NCBI RefSeq assembly: GCF_004010195.1
Contig: NC_057715.1
Coordinates: 97,862,648 to 97,926,647 of the forward strand
Reading direction: 5' to 3'
Source of the DNA: Chiloscyllium plagiosum
Lineage: Eukaryota
DNA length: 64,000 nt
The notes beneath the pieces are model-generated. The model worked only from the letters and a program-made list of their open reading frames with translations, made no database searches and was not told the DNA's origin. Shown here piece after piece: positions 37,951 through 51,419 of the stretch (positions are counted from its first letter, which is position 1; the number at the start of each line of letters is the position of its first letter). Made by a program: the position numbers and the translations under genes.

Positions 37951-39759
37951 GTTCTGATCGTCTGAGTTTTTCCAGTATTTTCTTTACCTCAGTTTCTGGA
38001 ACACAAGGAAAGAAGCACAGAAGATGCTATTATTTATGGCCAAATATGCCTAAGTTAATTTCATGGATATGCAATGCTCATTGTCTTTCACTTTGCATCT
38101 GGTGTCCTGTGCCAGAAATATCAGAGGTCAGTTGAAAGCCACAGAATAAATTATTCTTTTCAATGGCTGAGTGTGCCATGTGCATCAGACGTTTACAGAA
38201 TGCTTCAGTTAATGATGAACCATTACATACCCAAAGGAGAGAGCAGCAGGACATGGTGAAAGTAATTTTCCTCTTAGCAAGGTTAACCACAAAAGGTCAT
38301 TCCTGTATCCATGGAATCCAAACAAACCTTACTAAGGGATATGGACGGTCCTACCACAAGTACAGACATTGTCATTTTGCAGACATAAACGCTCATCCAG
38401 TAAAGAAACATTACTCCTTCTGAATTAGAGTTAAAATCAATGACACAATTCTGATGTCAAAATTAGTTAAGAAAGAGGAATGACATTTCAATGTCATCCA
38501 AAGAAAGAAAGTGTCACCCCAAGGTGAGTGAGCATGTTCTATATAATTTATGAGGATTGAATAGGAGAATGGAATGGCAACAGGTCTCCAGCAATATCTG
38601 AAGTTAATACTAGCTGCTGAGTGCTATAACTGAGAAAACTGAAAAACTTGTAATTGATTGAGCAGATATAGTTTATAGCATGGCTCTTATTTAACTGTCA
38701 AGGTTAGAAGGTTGACTGATTAAATAGCAATATTAATAAAATAAGTTCTATGGACACAGGCAGTTCTTCTACAATCAAATTTATTGCTCGTGTTTAGTTA
38801 GCCTGAGAAGGTGGTGCACAATCTTCTACGTCGCTTTATTTTACAAGTGAGTGGTTTCCAAGGCCTCTTCATTGGACGTTAAGATCCAAACACAATACAG
38901 GATTGGCATTAGATAACTGGATCAGACATAAATAGTCGATCTTTACCCCCTCAATGAATATTAGAAAAAAAAATTCTGTGTTTCTTAAAATCCATAAGGT
39001 TTTATAGTAATTTTACTGGTGTCAGCACACAGTGGTTCCATGTGTTTGTGCAACTAAGATTGATAACAGTCAAATTATTTTCTTTATACAAATACGCCAA
39101 GCAATGTTTTTAAAATGACATGTGTGGAATTTTAGTTTAATTTTGATGTGACTGGAAGGTTCTTCAGTAAATGGATTATCTTTGTTAATAGAGAATGAAA
39201 AATACAAGTCATTGTTGGGAATTTACTGCAGACCCCCTGATAATAGGTTTGTGGAAGAAATATAGACATATAAATACATCAGAGAAATATGTTGTAAAAC
39301 AAAGTGGAGATTTTAATATTCATAGATGGAGGCAAAGGACAGTCTAAAATGAATTTTTAGAAGCATATAGTTCACATCAGTATGTTAATATTTAATTCCT
39401 GGAGTAAGCTATTTGTAATACATTGGTGACTTTTTTTTGCATTGTTTTGTTGCAATTTATTTAAATAATTTATTTATCAAGTGTTTTACATTAGATAATG
39501 ATTTAGCAAGGACAAAAACAAGAGGCTGTTATGGTGCGGTGGTAGTGTGGACCCATGGACCGAGAAACCTGGGTTCAAATCTCAACTGCTCCAAAGGTAT
39601 GGAAAAACATCTCTGAACATATTGGTTAGAAAAATAGATTAAAATAAAAAACACATAAATATCAGCATTTTAAGTGGCGTGCAGATGCAAATAAATCCAA
39701 CTGAGTGAACATATAAAATACTTAATGCAAACATTTCCCACTGCAGTAGATGTAGAAAG

Positions 39760-40195
39760 AAAGAAAATAGTTTGTTTATATTGTACCTTATATGATATCT
39801 TAAAATACTTTAAAGCTAATGAAGTACTTCAGAATTCTAGTCACTATTGTTATGTAAAAAACACAGCAGTCAATTTATGCACAGCAATGCTCACAAACAG
39901 CAATATGATGATCACTAAGTAGTCATTCTTTATAACATCCACTGAGGAATAAATATTGGCCAAGAAATCAGGAATAATATCACTGCTGTTTTGCAAAACT
40001 GTTCCATGGAATATTCTACATTTAAATGAGAAAGCAGATAGAGCTTCAGTTTGCCATCTCACCTGAATGCAGTACCTCTTTACGGTGCTGCATTAGAGTG
40101 TTAGCCAAGAATTTTGTCTTCAGGTCTCAAGAGTGGGACTTGAACTCAGAGCATTCTGACTCAGAGACACGATTATCACCAACTGAACCTTGACT
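39760..40195 (-). mobile_element. Deu-domain (SacSINE1-like) SINE
   Basis: TAGTCACTATTGTTATGTA..GCAGTCAATTTATGCACAGCAA..AATAAATATTGGCCAAG..CCATGGAAT; tRNA-like head at the right end (GTGGGACTTGAACTCAG). Family from memory. Confidence 0.6.
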
Positions 40196-41175
40196 GCTAC
40201 AGTATCACCAAAATGAGGAAGAGAATAGTTGGGTAGTTGTTTCTGACTGGTGCAGACTTGAGGGCTAAAGGGCCTTTTTTCTGTGCTGTAGAGCTCTATG
40301 ACTCTATGATACTGTTTCCCATGGCTACGGTAGTACTGTTTAAATTAGAAGATGATGGATTACAAAACAGCCTGCGCTGAAACTATTCCTTTAAACTTCC
40401 TGACTGAAGCTTAACAATGATATTGTTTGCTTGATGTTCAGAACTGCACAAATGTTGTGGATATGCTTATGTTACGCATAAACAGTTACTTAATGGCATA
40501 TGCCAGGTTATGATCATTGCTATCTCTAGTAATCACTTCTGAATTATCACACTATAAACATGCAGTAATTAGACCAGAATTACTAGTCCTTCATTTAGAC
40601 TGCAAGGAACATAGTAACTGCTCGTGGCTGCTATGACAACCAAATTCAATGATGTAAACCCATCTGATCATTCTGGTGGCATTTATGGAGGCAGAATAAA
40701 GTACATGTAAATGTGAATTATTTTAATATTAACATCTTATTTTTAGGTTCAGGCTATGGATAGAAATTGATTGCATTTCCTTTATGTGTTATGGAATTAT
40801 GGAATTCCCTCTTTCAGAAGTGTATAGCAAACATGCTCAACGAGCTGATTTAATTCCTTATTGGATGCTTGTTATGAAGAACATCAGAATAGGTATAGCT
40901 CAGTTGGCTGCTAAGTAAAGCTGCCTTTAATTTACCTTGGCAATATAATTTATGAGTGCATTTTTTAAAACACAAAACAATAATTCTTAAGGACAGCAAG
41001 AACTAGATTGCCAATTAGTAGAAGTTATAATGTAAGAAAGCAGCACGGGATATATCCTTTCATTTTATTTTATATATTACATTCTGTGAGATTTGATGGC
41101 AAAGTTAAGACGCTATTGCACAACCCAGAATCTTTAGGTTATCCAAGAATTGGAAATTCCTTAATAAAGTTAAGT

Positions 41176-41507
41176 GGGCAGCACGGTGGCTCAGTGGTTA
41201 GCATTGCAGCCTCACAGCACCAGCGACCAGGGTTCAATTCCTACCTCGGGCAACTGTCTGCGTGGAGTTTGCACATTCTCCCCGTGTCTGCGTGGGTTTC
41301 CTCCGGGTGCTCCGGTTTCCTTCCACAGTCCAAAGATGTGCAGGTCAGGTGAATTGGCCATGCTAAATTGCCCGTAGTGATAGGTGCATTAATCAGGGGT
41401 AAAACATAGGGGAATGGGTCTGGGTGGGTTGCTCTTCGGAGGGTCGGTGTGGACTTGTTGGGCCGAAGGGCCTGATTGCACACTGTAGGGAATCTAATCT
41501 AAATCTA
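41176..41507 (+). mobile_element. HE1 V-SINE followed by a Penelope-end fragment (~41510-41640)
   Basis: Full head, V core and AATCTAA tail. Confidence 0.9.
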
Positions 41508-42899
41508 AAATCAAGGAACTGAAGATCTGAAACAAAAACAAATTGCTGGTGAAATCCAATAGATCTGGTACCATCTGTGGGAAGAAAGCAGAGATGTTTT
41601 GAGTTAATGTTTTGAGTCCAGTGACTGTTCATCAGAATGGCAATTCTCTTTTAATTTCTTAACATATGACTGAGTTCACATACACTTAGCATTGAGACCA
41701 CTTAATTTAAAAAATGTGAAACCACTTTAAAACATTGACATAGGCATTAAACAGATTACGCTTAAAATTAATTTTAAAATCCTTGCTTAATTAGGAAAAT
41801 CATTATTGTTATTCTTTAATGTATTATACAGAAACTGCCAGCAAATCAGCAGACTCTTTTTATACTTCAAAGATCTAACCCATTTATTATGAATTAGCAT
41901 AATTTAGTTAATCCCTTTGAAGCTAACAAATTTGAATACTGTATCTTGTCATGGCGAACAATTAATAAAGTTAAGAACAGATAGCAGTGAAGAATATATA
42001 CAATCATTCTGCCACTCAGAGATATTTCCTATTGTTGCCACAACTGAAGAGACTGTGATTGAAATATATGCGAGCCACAGGCATGAAAGAAGACTCCAGA
42101 TTTTCATTGTACTGCCTGTTGTAATACTAAACCAGTAATATTCTAATTGCTAAAGGTACCTTCATTAAATATTGGTCCTATATAACAGAGATAAATAGAA
42201 AAAAGTCCCAAGACTGTTTGCAGTCTTCCGCTGTGTTCATTGTTCGAATAGATGTTCATGGTATATATAATCATGTAAATTGGTATTTCTGTCTCAACAA
42301 CAGAAATCGTGTCATTATGAAGAGTCTTACAGAAGAAGCAGAGTCATAAATTTGTTTAACCAATCATTCTAACTGTAAGTATTGAAAAATATTGTAACTA
42401 ATATCACATAATATCTTACATTTTTGTTTCTACCTTTCACTTAATTGTAAATAATCTGGTGAGTAATTTACCAGATATAATGGGTTTAGCTGAGACATCT
42501 TAGTACACTAGAGGGCAGTCAATTCCACACATCAACAATTGTGAAGAAATTATACATTCAACTGGAAGTAGCTTTTTATGAAGTTATTATTAATAATACC
42601 CTCTGTTCAATTTTCCCACTCTCAAATTACCATGATACATCTAGGTTGCTAACTTCCATTATTATTTTAACATTGCATCACATATTTACCCGTAATTATG
42701 AACAGGGACTATATCAATGAATGCTTGGAGAAGCATGTAAATCAAGAACAACACATTTTCAAGAAGAAGGTCGAACATAACTAGTTCAACATTTTTTCAA
42801 GAAGTTCCCAATACATAGACAAAGACGCAGACAATTTTTATGGTCTTGAAGAAATTGTGCAACAGGCAATCTTAAATAAGAAATTTGTCACAAAATTAG

Positions 42900-45800
42900 G
42901 GTCACAGATGTACAGCACGGAAACAGACCTTTCGATCCAACTTGTCCATGCCGACCAGATATCCCAACCCAATCTAGTCCCACCTGTCAGCACCTGGCCG
43001 ATATCCCTCCAAACCTTTCCTATTCATATACCCACCCAGATGAAAAATAGGAACAGCAGTAGCCATTCGACCCTTAAAGCCTGCTCCGCCATTCATTATT
43101 TTAATTTAGTTAGTTTAATTTGACATCATGTTTGGCACAACATTCAACTTAGCAGTCTGTTCCTGCTTTCTGCCCACATCCTTTGATCCTTTTATGCTTG
43201 AGTGATAAATCCAACTCCTTGAAATCACACAATGTTTTGACTTTGACTGCTTCTGTGGTAGCAAGTTCCACAGGTTCACCACTCCCTTGGGAAGAACGTT
43301 CTCCCTACTTTGGTCCTAAATGATTTATCCTGTTTCCTGGACTGTAATCTCTTGGTCTGGACTCCCCCATAATACTCACTCAGCTTGTCTAAAACACACT
43401 GAAGCATCTTTGCATCCTCCTTACACTTCAAACTTCCACCAGCTTTGTGACATCTACAAGTTTGGAAATTTTACATCAGGAACATATTTCCTGCATCTAC
43501 CCTGTCTAATCTTATTAGAATTTTATAGGTTTTTATAAGAACTCTCCTCATTCATCTGAACTGCAGTGAATATAATCCTAACCAGTTCAATCTCTCTTCA
43601 TACCTAAGTCCTGCCATCGCAGGAATCAGACTGGCAAATCTTCGCTGCAAAAACATCCTTCCTCAAATAAGTAGACCAAAACTACACTCAGTAATTCAGA
43701 AGGATAATTACATCCCTGCTCCTGTACTTGAAACCTATTGCTGTGAAGGATGACATACCATTTGCATATTTTATCACTTGCTGTACCTGTATGATTGCTT
43801 TCAGCCGCTGGTGAACAAGGACATCCAGGTCTCATTGCACATTCTCCTCTCTCAATTTAAAGCCATTCAGATAATAATCAGCCCTCCTGTTTTTGCTACC
43901 AAAGTAGATAACCTCACACATTATACTATATCTGCCATTTATTTGCTCACTCATTTATCTTGTTCAAATCATTCTTGTCTGCTAACCAGTTTTCTATCCA
44001 TCTTCATACACTACACTCAATCTTATTGTGTAACAATCTTAAGTTTACACACAAATCTCTTATTTGGGACATTGTTGAAAGCCTTCTGAAATTCCAAATA
44101 AACCACATCCACTAGTTACATCTCAACGAATTCCAGTAGATTTGTCAAGAATTTCCTTTTTGTAAATCTATGCTGACTCTGTCCAATCTTACCATTGTTT
44201 TCCAAGTACTTTGCTATTAAATATTTCATAATGAATTCTTGCATTTTCTCCACTGCCAATGCCAGGCTGTCTATTCTACAATTCCCAGATTTCTCTCTAT
44301 CGCCTGTTGAATAGAGGGGTAACATTAGTTACCTTCCAATCTGTGGGAACTATTCCAAACTACAGAATATTGGAAGATGACCAATAACGCATCCATTACT
44401 TCTAGGACCACTCCCCTAAGTACTCTGGAATATAGATTGAGGCCTTGGGGATTTATCAGCCTTTAAGTTTCACAACTTCATTTTCCTATTAATATTAATT
44501 TCCTTCAGTGCCTTTGTATTCTCCCATTTCTGGTATGTTATTGGTGTCCTCATTTGTGAACACAGAACCATAGCATGCAGTTAGCTGGTCAGTCTTTTCT
44601 TTGTTCCCCAAACTGTCTCAGACTGTAAGGGACCTACATTTGTCTTCACCCATCTTTTCCCCTTTGCATACCTAAAGAAACATTTACAATCTTTTTAATG
44701 TCCTCTCAAGTTACTCTCATATTTTATTTTCCCTTTGATGATCAATCCCTGTGTCCTCCTTTGCGGAATTCTAAACTTCTCCTGCTCCTCAGGTATGTTA
44801 TTTCTTCTGGGCCAATTTGTATGCCACTTCCTTGGATCTAATGCTATCTCTAATTTCCATTGTAAGCATTGTTTGGCCATCTTTCACATTTCACTTCTGC
44901 GCCAGACAGGAATGAACAATTGTCGCAGTCCACCTACGCAATCTTTGAATGTTTGCCATTGCCTTTCCACCATCACCCCTTTCAATAATGTCCCCAATCT
45001 CATAGCCAACTTGTACCTCCTACTAATGTAATTTCCTCTATTTAGGTTCAGGTCCTATTCACAAAATCAACTACATCTCTCTCTATCTTGATAAGCAATT
45101 CTACTAAATTATGGTTATTCATCCTGTTAGGGACCAGACCAAACCCTCTCAAAATGTTGAGAAGATAATCTGGACCTAACTTTCTCTTACTTTAAAGGTA
45201 AATGTAAGGTGTTACGTTCCAGATGCAATTTGATTCATCAAATTACTGGATTTAAAGCACCTTTTGTTCATCCACTTTCCTTAAAATACAGCAAAAGAAT
45301 GAAGGAATTGGAATAATAACTGTATTGGAAAAACATTACAGAGTATTAAATACAGTAACTATTACTAATTAATTACTCCAAAATAGTAACATCCCATAAA
45401 CACACTCTTGGCAAAAGGCAAATTCAGAAAACAGATTGTCTCACATGCAACCACAGTAGTAGGAAAAGATGCCTCCTAGTTTTGGCTGTAACTGAGAGAC
45501 AGAAAAATAGCTTCCAATTCTTCAAGACCTCAACAGCAACTGCTGAAAGCTAAAACTAAAAATCCTAATTCTGTGGGAGCTTGACCACATACTCATTCAG
45601 GCTGCTATCCTTGTTCCTACTTTAAGAAAAACACTGTTGGCTCCGGTAGACCGTTCATCACCTCTACCTTAACTCCCTTCTATAAAATAAACCAGGCTAA
45701 AATACACCTCTTAAAGCCATAGTATCATCACAATCCCCGAGGGACCTTGCACAAGTAGAACATCAGTTATTCCTTTCTCATTACACAATATGCAATCCAA

Positions 45801-46085
45801 GATGGCCTGTTCCCAGGTCCTCAATATATGCTCCTGAAAACCATTCCTTATATATTCCAGGAATTCCCCAGTATGTTATTGCTATGGTATTTGCTCAATC
45901 AGTATTCAGATTAAAGTCAGCTATAATTAGAGATGTTCATTTATTGCATGTATCTCTAATTTCCCAGTTTAATGCTATTCCCAACATCATTCCTACAGTT
46001 TGTGCATCTATCTATAACCGTCCCTGACTCTTTTTGGCTCCATGGTGTTTCTCAGCTTCTCCCATTCAGATTTCACATTGTCTGA
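42900..46085 (-). mobile_element. Patchwork of minus-strand CR1 ORF2 fragments
   Basis: GQSQH.F.K.K.LTNLLEF remnant (ORF 44116-44325) and CR1-like 3' tails. Confidence 0.7.
45125..45732. mobile_element. Solo LTR (608 bp), Gypsy-like
   Basis: TGTTAG...ATCACA termini; 4-bp TSD ATCC (45121-45124 and 45733-45736); inserted in CR1. Confidence 0.8.
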
Positions 46086-48389
46086 GCTATTATTAGGGGC
46101 ATACAAGATTAATAGAAAAATGTAGGAAACGACAAGTGTGGGCAGATGGGGATAGGATAGATAATGCAATTAAATGTTGACATCGACATTTTAAAAGTTC
46201 CAAAATTGGAAGATATAGTTAATGAAGGAAGAGAGCTAACATTTTTCACTTCATAATTAAAATCCTTCAAATTCTTTAGGGGTTCTCAGATTGTCCTCTT
46301 GAATGGATTTCAGCATAGGTCTGGCTCTTTAGGGGCTGACTGCATTTGGAATCTCCGGGTCTAACTGGCAGTAAGTAGAAGGGGTAAGTTAGGAACGTTG
46401 TGCCCCAACACATTTACATGATACTTTGGGCTGACATATATTGCAGAGGCATCTTTCCCCTGGGGAGGTCCTGAGAATACAGAAGGGAGAGAAACATTTA
46501 TCAGATCCCTTTCAGTTCACTAATCTGCATAGAGAATGGATATTACTCTGAGAAAAGTTCCAGGAAAATTTGCTTCTAAATAGTCTAAAAATGGAGTTAA
46601 ATAAATGTGACAAAAGAGAAATATACACTTACAAAGTCACTGTACTGACACCTTTAGGAAGGAAGTACTTTTGTTTGCATACTATTCAGGCCTTACCTCC
46701 AAAATAGTGTTTTCCTAGGCATACTGAACAACAAAGCATGGACACGAAGATAAACATGCTACAAGCATGTTCTGAATCATTAATGTGGATCATCAGGAAT
46801 TTATTGCTTTATCTGTATTGCTGGTGTGTCTACAGAATAAATCCTTTTTCACTGGTGCATTTGAGCAGAAATCCACTTTAGAAAGGATATTTAGTTTAGA
46901 AAAAGTGCAATATGGATTTCCTCGTTTGATAGCAGTAAAATGCAACATTTAATAGAAATCATCAAGACTATGAAAGGGTTTTAGAGTGTAATAAAGGTCA
47001 TATTATTGGCTAGTAATTAGGAAAAGGGAGGAATAAATTCTTGATTAATGATAAAAATATTTAAAATACTAAGAAGACATCAGAATTTTTCTTCCAGCAG
47101 AGAGCTATTAGGAAATGGAATGTAGTGCTTAGAAATGTTCTACTTCTGCTCCTATGTTTTAATGTCTTATGATGTGTAGCAGTGGAGGAATGACAGTACT
47201 GGCACAGATGGAGATATTGCGCTTCCATTTCAATAAGAGACTTCTGGTCAAATGAACACTATTGTAACATAGAGGCCTCATTGGCCACTGTATTAATACT
47301 TGTGGCACTTCCATCATCACTCAAGCAGCCCTCTTGATTGGCATTCATTCCCTCCGCCACTGATGCACAGTAGCAGCAGTGTATGCCACCAAAAAGATGC
47401 ACTGCAGAAATTCACCAAGCCTCCTTTTGACCCATAACCATCTAGGAGGACAAAAATTGCATTTACATGGGAACACCATCATGGGCAAATTCCTCTCTGA
47501 GCACTCACCATCCTGACTTGGAAATATACTTACATTCCTTCACACTCCCTGGATCGAAATCCTCCCTAATAACATTGTGGGTGAGTCTATACCTAAAGGA
47601 CTGCAGTGGTGCAAGGAGGCAGCTCATCACCACCTTCTCAAGGATAACTCAGGATGGGCAATAAGTGCTAGCCTAACCAGTGAAGCCTACATTGCCTAAC
47701 TAAATAAACAAACAAACAAAAACTGCCGAGTCACAAGGATATCCTATCCATATCCTTCTGACAAACAGCTATCCATCTGACTTCCTCCTTCCACTTGGAA
47801 GGAATACAAACGTAAAAGAAATAAACAACTGCACTTATGTAGCACTTTTCACTACACCAGATGTCTCAAAAAATCTTTAACAGCCAATGGAATATTTATA
47901 AAAGTATAATAGTCACTGTTGCAAAGTGGGAAATGTGACAGTGAATGTGTATTTGGCAAATTCGCACCATCTGTTTTTTGACAGAGGGCTAAATATCAGC
48001 CAGAATTTCAAAAATATCTTCTCTTTGAATTAGTGTCATGGAATCATTTACGTCCATTCAAGGTGGCATGGGGCCTTGATATCATGGTTCACTTGAACAT
48101 CAGTTGAGCAGCCCCTTGTTGAGGCAGCTGGGGTGTCTGTCAGCTTGAGAACTGGTGAGAGACTCATGGTGCCTTCTTTTCTGGTAGTAGTTATCAGTTT
48201 CCGCCACAGAGTAATCAGTAGCTGATGCAGGAATGACACCCAGCAGAGCCCCAGGATTGTGGAATGATCCAGGCTGCAGGTGAGTAGCATACAGGTTGGG
48301 GATTCATGGATTAGAGGTTGCAGAGGGAAAGCTGCAGTGGAATTGACAGTAACGACTGCTGGTAGTGGTGGTTGGGTAGGAGGGGGAGG

Positions 48390-48604
48390 AAGTTGAAACT
48401 TTATTGCTGGAACAGCACAGCAGGTCAGGCAGCATCCAGGGAACAGGAGATTCGACGTTTCGGGCACAGGCCCTTCTTCAGGAAGAAGGGCCTGTGCCCG
48501 AAACGTCGAATCTCCTGTTCCCTGGATGCTGCCTGACCTGCTGTGCTGTTCCAGCAATAAAGTTTCAACTTTGATCTCCAGCATCTGCAGACCTCACTTT
48601 CTCC
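48390..48604. mobile_element. Very young Penelope-end foldback insertion
   Basis: Perfect 90-bp inverted arms (48390-48479 and 48482-48571); 13-bp TSD TAGGAGGGGGAGG (48377-48389 and 48605-48617). Confidence 0.9.
48451..48484 (-). ncRNA. Minimal hammerhead-ribozyme-like motif (Penelope type)
   Basis: UUC-CUGAAGA-A-GGGC-CUGU-GCCC-GAAA-C-GUC-GAA: catalytic core, 4-bp stem II, palindromic ACGU in place of stem III, 3-bp stem I. Confidence 0.6.
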
Positions 48605-49274
48605 TAGGAGGGGGAGGGTCTCACTGCTCCGCTTTATAGGTTGCCCAACTGAAAATGTTCAGTTTCAGTTGTCTAGTATGTTGCATTATATTAACTCACT
48701 GTATTTGGATTTCTCTCAGTGACTAAGGTTCTGTCGGGGGTATCTATGGTTTGGCTGAGGCCAAGAAAATTAAGCGGTTGTTCCAATTAACTGAACCCAA
48801 ATCATATTTCTGCCATACTGCACCCATCTAATGTCCAAAACAAGCAAAATCTTCCTTGGCTCTCCCAAGTAACACAGTGATATTTGGGTGCTATTCTGGT
48901 ACATGGGTTAAGAATCAACCAAATTGTTGTAGGTCTGTACTTGCATGTACCACCAAACCAGGTAAGGGCAGCAAGATGTCTTCCCTAACACGTATTTTTA
49001 CAATAAATTGATAATTTCATAGTCAACATTAATAAAACTAGCTTTACATTCCATATTTATTAATTCAATTGCAATTTATAGTGGAATTTGGACCCAAGCA
49101 CCGAAAGCATTAACCTGGACCTCTGGATTACTAATCAAGTGATATTGCGTTCATGCTGTCAGTATCTCCTTGTAAAACAACTAAAGTCCACACAACATTT
49201 TTAATGCAATGATTGTTGTTAAATGGTCATTAATTGGTGATTTAATGGCCTCAATCGCAGCCCAGTCCTGGCCT

Positions 49275-49500
49275 CAAAAATAGAAATTGTAGAAAAAGCT
49301 CAGCAGGTCTGGTAGCATCTGTGTAGAGAAGTCAGAGTTAGCGTTTCAGGTCAAGTGATCTTTCTCCAGAGAACACTTCTGAGGAAGAATCACTCGACTC
49401 GAAATGTTCATCCGATTTCTCTCCATAGATGCTACCTGACCTACTGAGCTTTTCCTGCAATTTCTACTTTTGTCTGTGATTTACAGCATCTGCTGTTTTT
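49275..49500. mobile_element. Older Penelope-end foldback insertion
   Basis: Arms AAAAGCTCAGCAGGTCTGGTAGCATCT / AGATGCTACCTGACCTACTGAGCTTTT; degenerate core CTGAGGAAG...CGAAA. Confidence 0.7.
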
Positions 49501-49919
49501 TCCAGTCTTGACCATACCCATCCTACCATAAAGTTGTAGAGAAGTTGGTGTGGGTGTGTGGATGATGGGAAGGCCAACCAAGGAATTTTATAGTTTGCTT
49601 CCTCAGTTGTAAACCCTATGTTGGGATCATAAAATTCTGCCTGATGTTTTTTGACTCAATAAAAGGCTAGGGAAAAAAACAGAATCACTATTAAGTGAGC
49701 ATCACATCCATCAATTGAGAGCTTCATGCAAAAATCAAAGTAATAGAATGATTTACAGGAGACTGAGATGGATACTAAGCAAACGCAGAAGGATTAATCT
49801 TAGCAAGCACTAGATTTTTTTGAGCATTTTGGAGGCAGAAGGATAGATAGCAAACTAATGTAGTTTTCAGAAAGAATTTCATGGCAGTGTTTTAGACATG
49901 TTCTAATGAGATGAAAGTA

Positions 49920-50205
49920 TTGGCCTAGTGGTATTATTGCAAGACTATTAGTCTAGAAACTCAAGCTAATGTTCTGGGAACCCAGGTTCAAATCCCATAA
50001 CAGATTGTAGAATTTGAATGCCATAAAACAAATCTGGAATTAAGAATCTACTGATGACCATGAAACCATTGTCAGGAAACTCCATCTGGTTCACCAGTGT
50101 GAGGATATCTGCCATTTTTACCTGATCTGATCTACATGTGACTCCAAAGCCACAGCAATATGCTTGATTTTCAGCTACCCTCTGGGAAATTAGAGATGAG
50201 CAATT
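49920..50205 (+). mobile_element. tRNA-derived SINE
   Basis: A box TGGCCTAGTGG and B box GGTTCAAATCC; body shared with inverted copies near 21755-22540 and 48900-49150. Confidence 0.65.
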
Positions 50206-51419
50206 AAAAAAGATTAACCTGTTCATAGATGGTATGACACACCTGCAAGTGGGACTTGAACCTGGGACTCCTACCTCTGCGCCACAAGAGCTCGTAGTCT
50301 TCTAATGGGATTAGAGAGAATATAAAGCATGCAATAACAAACACAGACAGGGAAAGTGATTGGAGTCTCTCAATCCTGTATTGTTTCCAATTAATTTGCA
50401 AATACGTACCTCATTCAGTGACATCATGAATGGAGATGCTGATGTCATCAGAGAGGAGATTCTGTGCAAAATGTCTGCTCATAGGCTGCTATTTACCAAC
50501 GGTTTGAAAACACACAGATGATAGAGGACTAATATGGATCAGTAAGTATAGGCAGCTATTTAACACACTTTAAATTATACAGATAAGTCGGGATGTGAAA
50601 TCAGATTGAGTTGGGTGAAGGATTGAGAAAAGGCACAATTGGCAAAATAGCCTACTTCATGTACTGCATTTTTCTGATTTTTCACATATGATTTAAGATT
50701 CTGTGAAATAAGATAGACTCCCTTTCCCTCTGATGATTAATGAATAGATATTTCTATTCAATATGAGCATTGAGAGAAACTAAATACCAAATTATGATCC
50801 AGTGGTCTTACATTGGAAAAGAGGACATATAGCCTGGAGATAATGATCTCTACTTATTTGAATTTAAATTATAAATACACCTCACAAATTAAATATAGAG
50901 TAATAGGTTAACAACACAAGTCAAAGATATCATGATATAATGATGATATAAGGTTACATGGTGAGAGAGAATCTAGAGAGAAATTTCACAACTGAGACAT
51001 TTTAAGCTTGCATACCACTGACTAAATAGAAAAACCTAAAATGAAAAGGTACTTGTTAAAATGAATGCATACTAAAGTGGAGTCATTTGAAAGACAACAT
51101 ACAACAAAAAGAAACATGGTAGCTGCACAAAGAAGCTAGAAGCAGTGGCAAAGAACCCAACAGCAGCAAGATTTGGATTAAAATCTACAAAGATAGCAAA
51201 TCTCAGAAGTACAGGGACGGATTGATGTGGGAGAATGAAAAGCATTTAATCTCATGAGGGAGCAGCTGATGCGAACGTGTAACAGAATCAGAATCCCAAA
51301 ATGGAAAAGATCAGCAGACATGCAAGCAGACATCATTCCAAAGCTCCACAGGAACATGGAATCATCACCATCACATCCACAGCCATTTCCAAATGCTGGA
51401 GGTCCACTCAAGACTCAGA

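Noticed and set aside
42505-42518. CTCF-like motif ACACTAGAGGGCAG
   Set aside because: A single imperfect short match in 64 kb with no supporting context.
48048-48584. 178-aa minus-strand ORF
   Set aside because: It runs through the Penelope palindrome and what looks like a decayed Harbinger-like fragment; no host protein motif.
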